Part shown: positions 40,401 through 47,685 of the stretch, one piece after another
Layout: each line of letters starts with the position of its first letter
Position numbering within the stretch: position 1 is the first letter of the stretch
IMG/VR virus record: IMGVR_UViG_3300042451_000960
DNA: 64,000 nucleotides
From: a virus
Taxonomy: Duplodnaviria > Caudoviricetes
Direction: 5' to 3' (one strand)
The notes under the pieces: generated by a model
Told to the model about the DNA's origin: nothing
What the model saw: the letters and a program-made list of their open reading frames with translations, nothing else
The model's database searches: none
Program-made: the position numbers and the translations under genes

Positions 40401-43400
40401 CTAAAGTTATATTACCTGCTACAGATAATGCAGGTGTTGTAAATCCATTATTAATTTTTGCTAATGTATATGAAGCAACCGGTGAACCTAATCCTGCTGT
40501 TAAGTTTTCAGTATAAGCTGTCCATTGGTTTGGATTTAAGCCATAGTTTTCAACATATACAATCCAACTACTACTACCGCCCAAATTTATTGAAGTTAAG
40601 AATCCTTCTAAGTATGCGTAATCCGCATCCATTGTTACTCTAAATTGAGTGAAAAGTCCACCTAAATAGTTTTCAACAGTTCCAATTAGCGCAGTAGTTG
40701 TCCAATCTTTATATAATTTAATTACATCCTGTGCAGGTGCTATAAATCCACCATTTGATGTAACCGTTACTTTTGCCGCACCTCTAAGACCATTTCCAGC
40801 AGTTGCCAATCCACTTCTAGCTATTCTATACCAACCACTATAAGCAGTTGCACCCAATGCTGTAACTGCACCATCACTTACACCTTGTACTCGTCTACCA
40901 CCATTTACCGTTGCACCATTTGTAATAGTTGCCTGATTAAACGTTACGTTATCAGTTGTACGAATATTTTGATTCATTAGGTGAACTTCAGTTACACCTT
41001 GTCCCGTATTAATTGTTGAGAATGTTACAGCATCAGTTGTTCTAACATTTTGGTTCATTAAGTGAACTTCAGTTAAACCTTGTCCAGTATTAACTTGAGC
41101 TGCTACTAAATTACCCAATACATTTAAGTTACCACTTCCATCCAAATTCATTTGTTCGGTGAAAGCAGTTTGGGACGTTGATTTATACCATTTATGAGTA
41201 CCACCAGCATAATATGCTTGTGTATCTGAATGAATACCGATTCCACCTATCCAAGCACTGCCATCATTAAATGTTGTAATTTTGTTAGGTCCTCTTACTA
41301 CATCACTAAAGGAGTTATTGAATACTAATCTTTCATAGTTTCCAAATACAACGGTACTACTAGCACCTTCATCTGCATTTATGAATACACCACCTGTTGT
41401 TGTAATACTACCAGAAGCGTAGAAGTTTGCATCACTTGCCCATCTACTATTTACTTCGTTCCAAAGGAATCTTCTTGTAGGTGAAGCGTTTCTTACAACT
41501 TCAAATCCACTATCAACATTTATAGGTGCACCTGAACCAGTTGCATAACCCGTAAGAGTTATAATATTATCGTTTGTAGATAAGGTTTGTGTATTAATTG
41601 AAGTTGTTGTACCACTTACTGTTAAATTACCAGTAATTACAGTATTACCTGTTACTCTAAGGTTTGTACCATCAAATGTTAAATTACTTTCAACAGTTCC
41701 GTTTGGAGCTGACCCATTTAGTGTAATTACACCATTATCAGTTGTACCAGTTAATGATAGTGCTCCAGATGAACCCGAGCTTCCGCTTGAGCCACTACTT
41801 CCGCTTGAGCCGGATGAGCCTGATGTACCACTACTACCACTACTACCAGATGAGCCAGATGAACCCGAACTGCCGCTTGAGCCGGAAACTCCACTACTAC
41901 CAGATGAACCGCTTGAGCCAGATGAACCGCTTGAGCCACTACTACCACTACTTCCGCTTGAGCCGCTTGAACCTGATGTACCTCTTGTGCCAGAAGAACC
42001 TGATGAGCCGCTTGAACCAGATGAACCACTACTTCCGGAATCTCCACTTCTTGCAAAAGCAACAGTTAATTGAGCTCCATTTGTAGGAAGTGTACCACTT
42101 ATATAAGCAACTGGAATTTTATAATAACCCGTTGCTACTACAACAGCACCATTTACTCTAAATACGTTTACCACAGTACCACTATCTCTACTGATTAAAC
42201 TTATATATCCTCTATTTGTGGATGTAGTTGAGTCATCCCACGTATCATACCACGCAGTTAAAGTATTTCCACCTAAATCAGTATTATCTATAAAAATTGT
42301 TGATACTGAACCTATAACACCATTATTATATTTTACAATACCTGTACCAGGATCAGTATCGGTTATTGTTGTACTAAAATTATATCTTATACCACCACCT
42401 TGTCCGCTTGAACCTGATGAGCCTGATGAACCACTACTACCACTTGAGCCGCTGCTTCCGCTTGAACCCGATGAGCCAGATGACCCGCTCGAACCACTAC
42501 TTCCGCTTGAACCACTTTGTCCGCTTGAACCCGATGAGCCACTACTTCCGCTTGAACCACTTGAGCCGCTTGAACCCGATGTACCACGTGTACCGCTTGA
42601 ACCACTACTACCGCTCGAGCCAGAAGTTCCTGAATCACCACTTCTACTAAATTGAACAATTAGTTGTGCTCCGTTAGCAGGTAATGTACCACTTACATAA
42701 GCTACTGGAATTTTATAATATCCAGTTGCTACTACAACAGCTCCGGTAACTCTGAATATGTTTACTACCGAACCACCATCTCTACTTGCTAAAACTATTT
42801 GACCTCTATTTGTAGATGTTGTACTATCATCCCAACTATCAAACCAAGCTGTCAGTGAATTTGATGAAAGGTCAGTATTATCTATGTAAATAAATCCTAC
42901 TGAAGATATTGTTGCAGTATTATATACCAACGTACCTGTACCAGGATCTGCATCAGTTGTTGATGTGCTAAAATTATATCGGATACCACCACCTTGTCCG
43001 CTTGAACCTGATGAACCACTACTACCACTTGAGCCGCTGCTTCCGCTTGAACCCGATGAGCCGCTACTACCACTTGAGCCTGTTCCACCACTACTACCAG
43101 ACGAACCGCTTGAACCTGATGAACCAGATGAGCCACCACTACCACTACTTCCGCTTGAACCACTTGAGCCGCTTGAACCCGAAGAACCACCTGCTCCACT
43201 TACACCAGAACTTCCTGATGAGCCGCTTGAACCCGATGTACCACGTGTACCGCTTGAGCCACTACTTCCGCTGCTTCCGCTTGACCCAGATGTTCCAGAT
43301 GAGCCACCAGCACCTGTTATACCGCTACTACCAGACGAACCAGAACTTCCTGATGAGCCGCTTGAACCTGATGAACCTGATGAGCCTCCAGTACCACTTA

Positions 43401-45582
43401 CACCAGAAGAACCCGATGAACCGCTTGAGCCTGATGAGCCTGCTTGTCCAGAAGAACCTGAGCTTCCGCTTGAGCCTGATGTACCACGTGTACCACTTGA
43501 ACCACCACTACCAGGAGTTCCACTACTTCCGCTTGAGCCGCTTGAGCCACTACTTCCGCTTGAGCCTGATGTACCACGTGTACCACTTGAACCCGATGTG
43601 CCGCTTGAGCCACTACTTCCACTTGTACCAGCAGAACCAGATGCTCCACCTAAACCTGAGCTACCAGAAGAACCTGATGAACCTCCACTTCCGCTTGAGC
43701 CGCTTGAACCGCTACTTCCGCTTGAGCCACTACTTCCACCACTTCCGCTTGAGCCACTACTACCACTTGAGCCGCTTGAACCAGAAGAACCAGAAGAACC
43801 AAATCCAGAAGAACCTGAACTTCCTGATGAGCCGCTTGAACCAGATGAACCCGATGAACCAGATGAGCCACCGCTACCACTACTTCCGCTTGAGCCGCTT
43901 GAACCCGATGTTCCACTATTACCTGTTCTTACAAAATTAATAATTAATTGAGCACCATTTGTAGGAAGTGTACCACTTACATAAGAAACAGGAATTTTAT
44001 AATATCCAGTTGCTACAACTACTGTACCAATTACGTTGAAAATATTTAATACACTACCACCATCTCTACTTGCTAATGTTAATGTACCTCGTAAAGAAGT
44101 TGTTGTGGAATCATCCCACCCATCAAACCATGCTGTTAAACTATTAGATGATAAATCAGTATTATCAATATACAATGTACTAACCGAACCAATTACTCCA
44201 TTATTATAAGCTATTACACCTGTACCAGGATCTACATCAGTTGTTGATGTTGTAAAATTATATTTTACACCAGATGCTTGTCCGCTCGAACCAGATGAAC
44301 CGCTTGAGCCACTTGAACCTGATGAACCGCTTGAGCCACTTGAACCACTGCTTCCACTGCTTCCGCTCGAGCCCGATGTACCAGCCGAACCAGTTGAGCC
44401 GGATGAACCACTACTGCCGCTTGAACCTGATGTACCTCTTGTGCCAGAAGAACCTGATGAGCCGCTTGAGCCGCTTGAACCACCACTTCCGCTTGTACCA
44501 GAACTTCCACTACTGCCGCTTGAACCGCTTGAGCCACCACTTCCGCTTGAGCCGCTTGAGCCACTACTTCCGCTTGAGCCGCTTGAGCCACTACTTCCGC
44601 TTGAGCCGGATGAGCCGGATGAACCGCTTGAGCCACTACTTCCACTTGTACCAGATGTGCCAGAGCTTCCTGACGTACCTGAGCTTCCACTTGAGCCGCT
44701 TGAGCCGGATGTACCGCTTGTACCGGAAGTACCGGATGATGCTGCAGCGTATTTAAATCCTACTTGTCCACTTGTTGTATTATAAACTAAAACATATTGA
44801 GAGTTTGTATCTACTAAAGATGAACTTTGAATGTTTAAACTACCGGATAAAATAAAACTTCCACTAATAGCAACACTACCAGTGAATTCATGCTTATCAT
44901 TTGTTGCATCACCAAACTTAGTTGAACCTGATGCAAATATTACGGATGATGTTATGAATGTTGTGTATAATTCAGTTGATGTAATTCTACCACCTACCGC
45001 TAAATTACCTAATATTGTTTCATTACCAACAATTCTACTATCTCCACCAACTACAAGGTTTTGTGAAATCCATTCAGAACCTGTTATACCCAATCCACCA
45101 CTAATTTGTGTGTTTACATTTATTTGTAATCCCTGATTTGGTGAAATTTGAGCAATTGCTGAACCTGATTTAATTTTATTAAGGTCACCGAGTGCATCAG
45201 ATGGTATATTAAACAACCCACTACCATCACCTTTGAAAAGTGATGCTGAAATTGAAGATGAAATATTAAGTGAGCCTGTTAATTGTGTATTACCAACTAT
45301 ATTAATTAAATTAGGCGATACATTTATGATATTAGAACCACTATTAATTTGTGAAATATTAGTTATTCCTTTACCATCACCAACAAAAGAACCACTAAAG
45401 GAACCTGTAATTTGAGAACCACTAATTATACTTGCTGTAATTGAATTTCTTACATTCAATGATGTATTAATTACAACCGATGAAGTTGATACTGATAATT
45501 GGTCAATACCATCTACAGTTAGTGCTATTACACTTTGACTTACTTGATTTAATCCATTTGGGTTCTTTCCTAAAAAACTCAT
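31432..45582 (-). CDS. Giant tail fibre (about 4716 aa): Gly-Ser-Ser collagen-like tracts, three repeated globular modules, mosaic distal modules, C-terminal peptidase S74 intramolecular chaperone
   Basis: C-terminal YSDVRLKGEIETIPNALDKVNKLRGVTF...GVIAQEI...VAYGNLAGLFIESIKEL; Gly-X-Y periodicity; ATG at 45582 follows the ORF-track TTG. Confidence 0.9.
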   Translation of the reverse strand: MSFLGKNPNGLNQVSQSVIALTVDGIDQLSVSTSSVVINTSLNVRNSITASIISGSQITGSFSGSFVGDGKGITNISQINSGSNIINVSPNLINIVGNTQLTGSLNISSSISASLFKGDGSGLFNIPSDALGDLNKIKSGSAIAQISPNQGLQINVNTQISGGLGITGSEWISQNLVVGGDSRIVGNETILGNLAVGGRITSTELYTTFITSSVIFASGSTKFGDATNDKHEFTGSVAISGSFILSGSLNIQSSSLVDTNSQYVLVYNTTSGQVGFKYAAASSGTSGTSGTSGSSGSSGSSGTSGSSGTSGTSGSSGSSGSSGSSGSSGSSGSSGSSGSSGSSGSSGSGGSSGSSGSSGSSGTSGSGGSSGSSGSSGSSGTRGTSGSSGSSGSSGSTGSAGTSGSSGSSGSSGSSGSSGSSGSSGSSGSSGSSGQASGVKYNFTTSTTDVDPGTGVIAYNNGVIGSVSTLYIDNTDLSSNSLTAWFDGWDDSTTTSLRGTLTLASRDGGSVLNIFNVIGTVVVATGYYKIPVSYVSGTLPTNGAQLIINFVRTGNSGTSGSSGSSGSSGSGGSSGSSGSSGSSGSSGSSGSSGFGSSGSSGSSGSSGSSGSSGSGGSSGSSGSSGSSGSSGSGGSSGSSGSSGLGGASGSAGTSGSSGSSGTSGSSGTRGTSGSSGSSGSSGSSGSSGTPGSGGSSGTRGTSGSSGSSGSSGQAGSSGSSGSSGSSGVSGTGGSSGSSGSSGSSGSSGSSGSSGITGAGGSSGTSGSSGSSGSSGSSGTRGTSGSSGSSGSSGVSGAGGSSGSSGSSGSSGSSGSGGSSGSSGSSGSSGSSGGTGSSGSSGSSGSSGSSGSSGSSGSSGSSGQGGGIRYNFSTSTTDADPGTGTLVYNTATISSVGFIYIDNTDLSSNSLTAWFDSWDDSTTSTNRGQIVLASRDGGSVVNIFRVTGAVVVATGYYKIPVAYVSGTLPANGAQLIVQFSRSGDSGTSGSSGSSGSSGTRGTSGSSGSSGSSGSSGSSGSSGQSGSSGSSGSSGSSGSSGSSGSSGSSGSSGSSGSSGSSGQGGGIRYNFSTTITDTDPGTGIVKYNNGVIGSVSTIFIDNTDLGGNTLTAWYDTWDDSTTSTNRGYISLISRDSGTVVNVFRVNGAVVVATGYYKIPVAYISGTLPTNGAQLTVAFARSGDSGSSGSSGSSGSSGSSGTRGTSGSSGSSGSSGSSGSSGSSGSSGSSGSSGVSGSSGSSGSSGSSGSSGSSGTSGSSGSSGSSGSSGSSGSSGALSLTGTTDNGVITLNGSAPNGTVESNLTFDGTNLRVTGNTVITGNLTVSGTTTSINTQTLSTNDNIITLTGYATGSGAPINVDSGFEVVRNASPTRRFLWNEVNSRWASDANFYASGSITTTGGVFINADEGASSTVVFGNYERLVFNNSFSDVVRGPNKITTFNDGSAWIGGIGIHSDTQAYYAGGTHKWYKSTSQTAFTEQMNLDGSGNLNVLGNLVAAQVNTGQGLTEVHLMNQNVRTTDAVTFSTINTGQGVTEVHLMNQNIRTTDNVTFNQATITNGATVNGGRRVQGVSDGAVTALGATAYSGWYRIARSGLATAGNGLRGAAKVTVTSNGGFIAPAQDVIKLYKDWTTTALIGTVENYLGGLFTQFRVTMDADYAYLEGFLTSINLGGSSSWIVYVENYGLNPNQWTAYTENLTAGLGSPVASYTLAKINNGFTTPALSVAGNITLGGTIDTGQGATEVYLMNQNVRTTDDVTFNDLTLNGGDLFLSNGTSNRIVYNTNGVAAPTFTTRSAGTKMVLYSEIGASSVDYALGIEGNTMWYSVPVAGAARFFRWYGGTTNIATLDSAGKFTLVGNTATGIANNSFNVARTTLGTIHIANGGGTSGNNNQAAITFQGDTSTQAQAGIYVSNNSSSGTAMGFATTDSYGTGPQLFLTATNAGAVNFPRAIPTAQGTSLVTNNGGQWNIRAYPRRSDGTNVDFIYSAQSGQPTYVWGTNDGTNFYVWNPSNFSVTSATNASNVASGDVTSIGLNAAWTLPGTSISNGFRVYRYSDSATNKPASVDNANWLINIYSHPTGGTASYGHQLAATDNESIYFRSVINGSFGTWRTFLHSGNFNSYAPTLTGGGASGTWSINITGTAASETLATVTGRGATTSTLVYFNGAESIRVYGIRGQFTNEYMHLYNKVGIGHPGGWGQGEGNTPNTGLSTYGAVNLSYAAATNNTVLGSWNIDGSTINSTNDATLYVTATNNNDWGVVVNKYNGSASEYGLEVRVGAGASYGYSLLGNGTRWFYVSGIGDIYNDAIYDRSDTSYRLVYEGASRISRLNLNNARTSSSQRWPVGHFDVGEAVFEMDPTWTNDQLQAYFNSSNVSWVSDSTAPGGYAISIVGAVNVGGGYNSGFPYIAIDQDDVYYMECWIRNVSGTNGHYMGSMEYNESFGSPAGGQGNPGSFGYWVMSNTNPGTSWTKVTGYIGGFGGSVGQFEVGAKYWTPQALFNYTGGGTCYISGWKIIKVSVPANRTFRNEVTVNGTLNPNGQIQIRNTSPTITFRDTDHATGFIHVNSNIFYILRGNTDVGNGSWNTVGSGWWPLEINLTNNNAQFGGTVTAFYDVVAQRFVDRDSPGYILDPASTSNLNILETRGVVVNRDANTATATAGYLSFWTGNGTTSRAQFVRTDQLYGTHGAVTNQYAQYWLMDTTNRGWIFRYATSDTAGTNVFSIRNNDGRTTIGTSFSAGAGTRAQLNVSAGTGGTTQWRDIDIQGSWSAGEEHAITATHGSALGNIVGQMVFRHDSPGSRIRWGRLYASGDQSNYPMELISNNSGTGARLEMNVGSMRAPLFEDYDNVAYFLDLNAAASAWNRSLRTLGSITFSDDYTQYKGSMSTDDNWPLCTAPARIYTIGTLNAGGGNSSKIEIEVWGSHRGYTTTSYIEYKKWIVWVGDRISSNLVMSAGSQSNVGLWNGTNANGLLGINGDHVAAGWVLRLIVNPTCGAGVAYTVKVSYANLNMTHGPFSFTTTTAASIPLAPYHVSGTTATFPNGASVNGTFNLDSATVNNLSMTGNFQIRNTEPTITFRDTNHNTAYIHVNSNIFYVLRAGNDSAHGSWSTVNGYWPLEINLTNNNATFGANVTAINDMSAERFVDRNDPTYFINPAGDSITNGAFRTGNFLGMRTSYTFIPSSWARGSGTFMIGSSQNSDGTGWAYGTRLASVDYGDGLGLSFDPLYAGPTFYNNALFISGRSGRIGRIGMGGVTAPDYALHVAGTIYSDTEVRAPIFRDADGTGYFANFADTGTSINIAGSVNAATYNKPAILVNSSGTASSGAAFAIQQVTGEGWTGIFVDYEPYTGWGLYHDNPSNYFLITSEGSTGAIGGGITVPSRSSGNRTAYVKHRFDQNNGDLLVGGDLTVYGGDINIQKSGNYSYINFAAQSNDPGYIWHYESSNTARMFFSVSDDDGTNDYFGFGFSGDNQRLIIYSSGRLDAPIMYDRSNTSFYVDPASTSNLGELQINSQLTLSTPGAANSVGNINALWGMQKPMGYKIYWDEEFRYGSNSINIYNNNGGSAVTHTRRNSSFADGHSGPPNSSGYVIEIMHAPTTSAGTSPGYGGWYFATYTGPANRRLLCIFRMKIPSGRSVEWASNSIGSGGSARWLTSNAGTGQYQDYAFMVHSGNASWSSTHFFYIVGGSSATFYTYLASATVYDCSSLSEEGAMTYYAGESMRAPIFYDQDNTTYRVDPTGNSRMGRDIYVEGNTGGSFGNRVIVGATSTPYTLQDGNQRPTVYLRGNYPVLTLDHTVTSNTNHGPTIQFAHNGLSNRQWLVGTTGDGISMDIGFSNSSLGNSDFNPHNGIAGYLGTTFMRFRENGTIGLGSNGDWGAIGGGDPSYPLEFRGTHLNSHAALFRNNTNASNGAGFIFVSTYGNHSWGIVSEFRIDGTGGDRPSILFSQGYSGTTWSVGFGYNDDNFRIKQNHGHRNGGWGTDRFTIDTGGTGYFFGELQANQFTDRENTAYLVNPAGTNSRLNSVRLDNPNYTPYQNYINSDNAPIKTWNGALVAGSDYYGANTYTVIVTNVPQDSYMMGSFTIDWFENYGSTNAKTSIQLGGYWNAESNSGFIGWEMTTSNPYIRPQVQVARQNSTGKTAIILTHYSSNYCQIVARDLFLGYSGGDESYGRGWEIRQESSLGGYSNFDTVVLRSAPARDGDGASGTWPISITGNSNYAVYASYLNAAQDSADKADISTRTNSGFWQTSAPSSGWYPGASSWQHLLSVTHSNPGNYYAMQLAASFFSQGLWYRSTNGSGGTGWQQIVTNSGTWSINVTGNAGSAGSVAGTYVANSGGGTGYINANQIFNNMGNNHGAYTDFNSIANLGVYYVQGSGNGPGTGGGQYYGMTLGLGNEYGFQYATQIAWNRTPTGGNPYISFRFREGSSWGGWTRAYVGYADSAGSAGTTDQVTVFDTRSSVQGPQTGNRRVRFDFLQNSTDGLGDGGTYHGVMTFQQWPDSSGGGTRQLGFTDNNNLWIRGSGGGLSSYGGWKLISDSGNSVTYTGIKYHLTNNGGQAVNNSNSAILQAYSTGNNSAFMSFHKGGHYAINMGLDDDNVFRIGGWSAGANRFVMDMSGNLTMAGNVTAYSDVRLKGEIETIPNALDKVNKLRGVTFVRTDKDGPTGKQMGVIAQEIMDIVPEVVSKDNLGIYNVAYGNLAGLFIESIKELKADLDSARAEIKELKEQLSKK
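41760..44740 (-). repeat. Four coding Gly-Ser-Ser tracts separated by three ~120-aa globular repeats
   Basis: Tracts at about 44278-44740, 42995-43920, 42400-42640 and 41760-42050. Confidence 0.92.
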
Positions 45583-45597
45583 CAATTTCTAGTTTAA

Positions 45598-45930
45598 TTA
45601 ACTAATTTCCAATACCGAAACAATTACATCAGCAGATGCTGCTAATGATGATGTTACCGATAAAAAATCTCCGGCTTCCATAACAACTTTTTGCTCACCA
45701 CCAACTAATACCGCAGTACCACCAGGTGTAATTAAAGCATTTCTTACTAAGTGTACAGTTCTATTTGCAGATACATCTCTTAACATAACACTTACATTAA
45801 TATTTGATGTATTAATATTAGCAACACTAACACCAATCACTGTTGCTGTTGTTACTGCCGGTGATGTATAAGCTACTACTCCCGTTGTACCTATTGAACT
45901 TTGTAAGCTATTTTTAAATAAGTTTGCCAT
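45598..45930 (-). CDS. Small beta-rich virion protein
   Basis: 110 aa, MANLFKN...YTSPAVTTATVIGVSVAN...KVVMEAGDFLSVTSS...DVIVSVLEI; homologous by eye to both ends of 61374..62297. Confidence 0.7.
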   Translation of the reverse strand: MANLFKNSLQSSIGTTGVVAYTSPAVTTATVIGVSVANINTSNINVSVMLRDVSANRTVHLVRNALITPGGTAVLVGGEQKVVMEAGDFLSVTSSLAASADVIVSVLEIS

Positions 45931-45942
45931 TCAATTTTAATT

Positions 45943-46314
45943 TTATCCTAACGCTATTGCAAATGCTATAGCGGAATCTAATACGTTTGTTCCATCAACC
46001 AAAAAACCACCATTTGTTAAATTAATAGAACCTGTCATTTGCGCAGAACCGCTTAATCTAGTGTTTCCATTAACATTTAACGAACCAGTGATGTTTACTC
46101 CACCATAAATATTTTGAGAACCAGTAACCAACAAAGAACCGCTCAAAGTTGTTAAAGATGTTACTTTAAGAACTTGAAATTCTGCTCTTTGTACATTTAT
46201 ATCTCCAGTAAAAGAACCTGTAAAAGAACCTGTAAACGAACCACTTAGGTCCGCATAAGCGTTATTTTTGTCTTGAATTATTGAACCTGAAAATATGGGA
46301 CTGTGGATAACCAT
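45943..46314 (-). CDS. Small SGS-rich virion protein
   Basis: SGSFTGSFTGSF repeats shared with the giant fibres; ends SAIAFAIALG. Confidence 0.7.
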   Translation of the reverse strand: MVIHSPIFSGSIIQDKNNAYADLSGSFTGSFTGSFTGDINVQRAEFQVLKVTSLTTLSGSLLVTGSQNIYGGVNITGSLNVNGNTRLSGSAQMTGSINLTNGGFLVDGTNVLDSAIAFAIALG

Positions 46315-46365
46315 CTATATTTACTCTATTTTTTCGTATAGGTATAAATATAAATTATTTCTCTT

Positions 46366-46821
46366 TTATGGTTTTACAGGCCAAGTTATGGAATATGGAT
46401 TAGATTGGGTTGTAATATCTCTTAATTGTTGTCTATATGTACTCCACAAATCTTTTGTTTCTTGAGGAATATCAGCTAATTGAGTCCAATCACATTCTTG
46501 AAGTAAAGTATTTCTTTGGTCTCTAACCACATCCCACTTATCAGATATTCTTAAATCTATTTCAGATTGTGTTGCATCTGTTTGAATCCAATTTTGATAA
46601 TAAATTCCATCAACTAATATTGGAGTTTCTTCAGAAATATTTTTTGTATAATCGCTTGGCTTTGGTGTTGCTCTTACTTCGTGAATATCCCATTCGTTCA
46701 TTAAGTTTTCTGATATTTCAGATGGAAAGCTAACTCGAATATTATCTTCTCTTAATTTTTGTAAAGAGTAAGGATAATTAATTACATTATTTATAATTCT
46801 TAAATACATAATTATTTCCAA
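46366..46821 (-). CDS. Tail fibre assembly chaperone-like protein
   Basis: WDVVRDQRNTLLQECDWTQLADIP...WSTYRQQLRDIT...ITWPVKP. Confidence 0.8.
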   Translation of the reverse strand: MEIIMYLRIINNVINYPYSLQKLREDNIRVSFPSEISENLMNEWDIHEVRATPKPSDYTKNISEETPILVDGIYYQNWIQTDATQSEIDLRISDKWDVVRDQRNTLLQECDWTQLADIPQETKDLWSTYRQQLRDITTQSNPYSITWPVKP

Positions 46822-47684
46822 TTTGAAGGTATTGATGCGTAATTATCCAATCCGGTACAATTAAAAAATGCCCTAAAACCATATGGTTCTGGACTCCTAG
46901 TCCATAAAGTTGGTGCATTACCATCTAAAGCATTTGTTGTTGTATTCATATAATACAAATTAGCAAATGTTGTAACAGATGTATTAAATGTAAACGATAA
47001 ACAACTTGTTAATGAACGACATGCTCTGAATGTTGATGAAAAGTTTACAACATTTATGTTTGTATCAAATAATGTTGATGGATATGTTGCTAAATTAATA
47101 CAACCATTGAATGCTGATGCAAATGTTGTTGCATTTACATTATTATTAAATAAACCACTTGGTATAGTAGTTAATGCTGTTATTGCTGAAAATACGTCTG
47201 TAAAATTTGTGGCGTTTGTTGAATAATTAAATATATCAGATGGTATAGATGTTAATGCTGTACCTCTCATAAATGTTGCAAAATTTTCTACAAATGCTAA
47301 TCCAGAATATCCAGCAGGCATAGATGTAATCGAAGAACATCCATTAAAATTAATTTCTCTTAAACCAACATCACCCCAATTTATAATTGTTTTAATCATT
47401 GTACGAATTGCCGAATTATTAGCTACTCTAAATGAAGGCATAAATCCTAATATAGAAATTGTATATGTTCCTGCAGTTGCATATGTATGTGTTTTTTCTA
47501 CTTGTGTAGATGATGTTATTGTATCATCATTACCATCACCCCAATCTACAAATAAATTAGGTGTAAAAGAACCGTAATCAAAAATTGGTAAAGTAAAATT
47601 TTGATTTGATGTTGTTGTTTGAATTGTAAATTCAAATGGTTCTTGCTCACCTGCTGATGTTGTTAATCTTCTCCAAATACTCAT
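46812..47684 (-). CDS. PKD-like plus BspA-type leucine-rich-repeat protein, candidate adhesin
   Basis: VDWGDG...HTYATAGTYTISI; repeats of LTSIPSDIF...NATNFTDVFS, LTTIPSGLF...NATTFASAFNGC, LATYPSTLF...NVVNFSSTFRAC. Confidence 0.8.
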   Translation of the reverse strand: MSIWRRLTTSAGEQEPFEFTIQTTTSNQNFTLPIFDYGSFTPNLFVDWGDGNDDTITSSTQVEKTHTYATAGTYTISILGFMPSFRVANNSAIRTMIKTIINWGDVGLREINFNGCSSITSMPAGYSGLAFVENFATFMRGTALTSIPSDIFNYSTNATNFTDVFSAITALTTIPSGLFNNNVNATTFASAFNGCINLATYPSTLFDTNINVVNFSSTFRACRSLTSCLSFTFNTSVTTFANLYYMNTTTNALDGNAPTLWTRSPEPYGFRAFFNCTGLDNYASIPSNWK

Positions 47685-47685
47685 A

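Noticed and set aside
31432-47684. Diversity-generating retroelement or invertible shufflon acting on the fibres
   Set aside because: No reverse transcriptase, no template/variable repeat pair differing at adenines, and no recombinase or inverted cassettes seen in this window.
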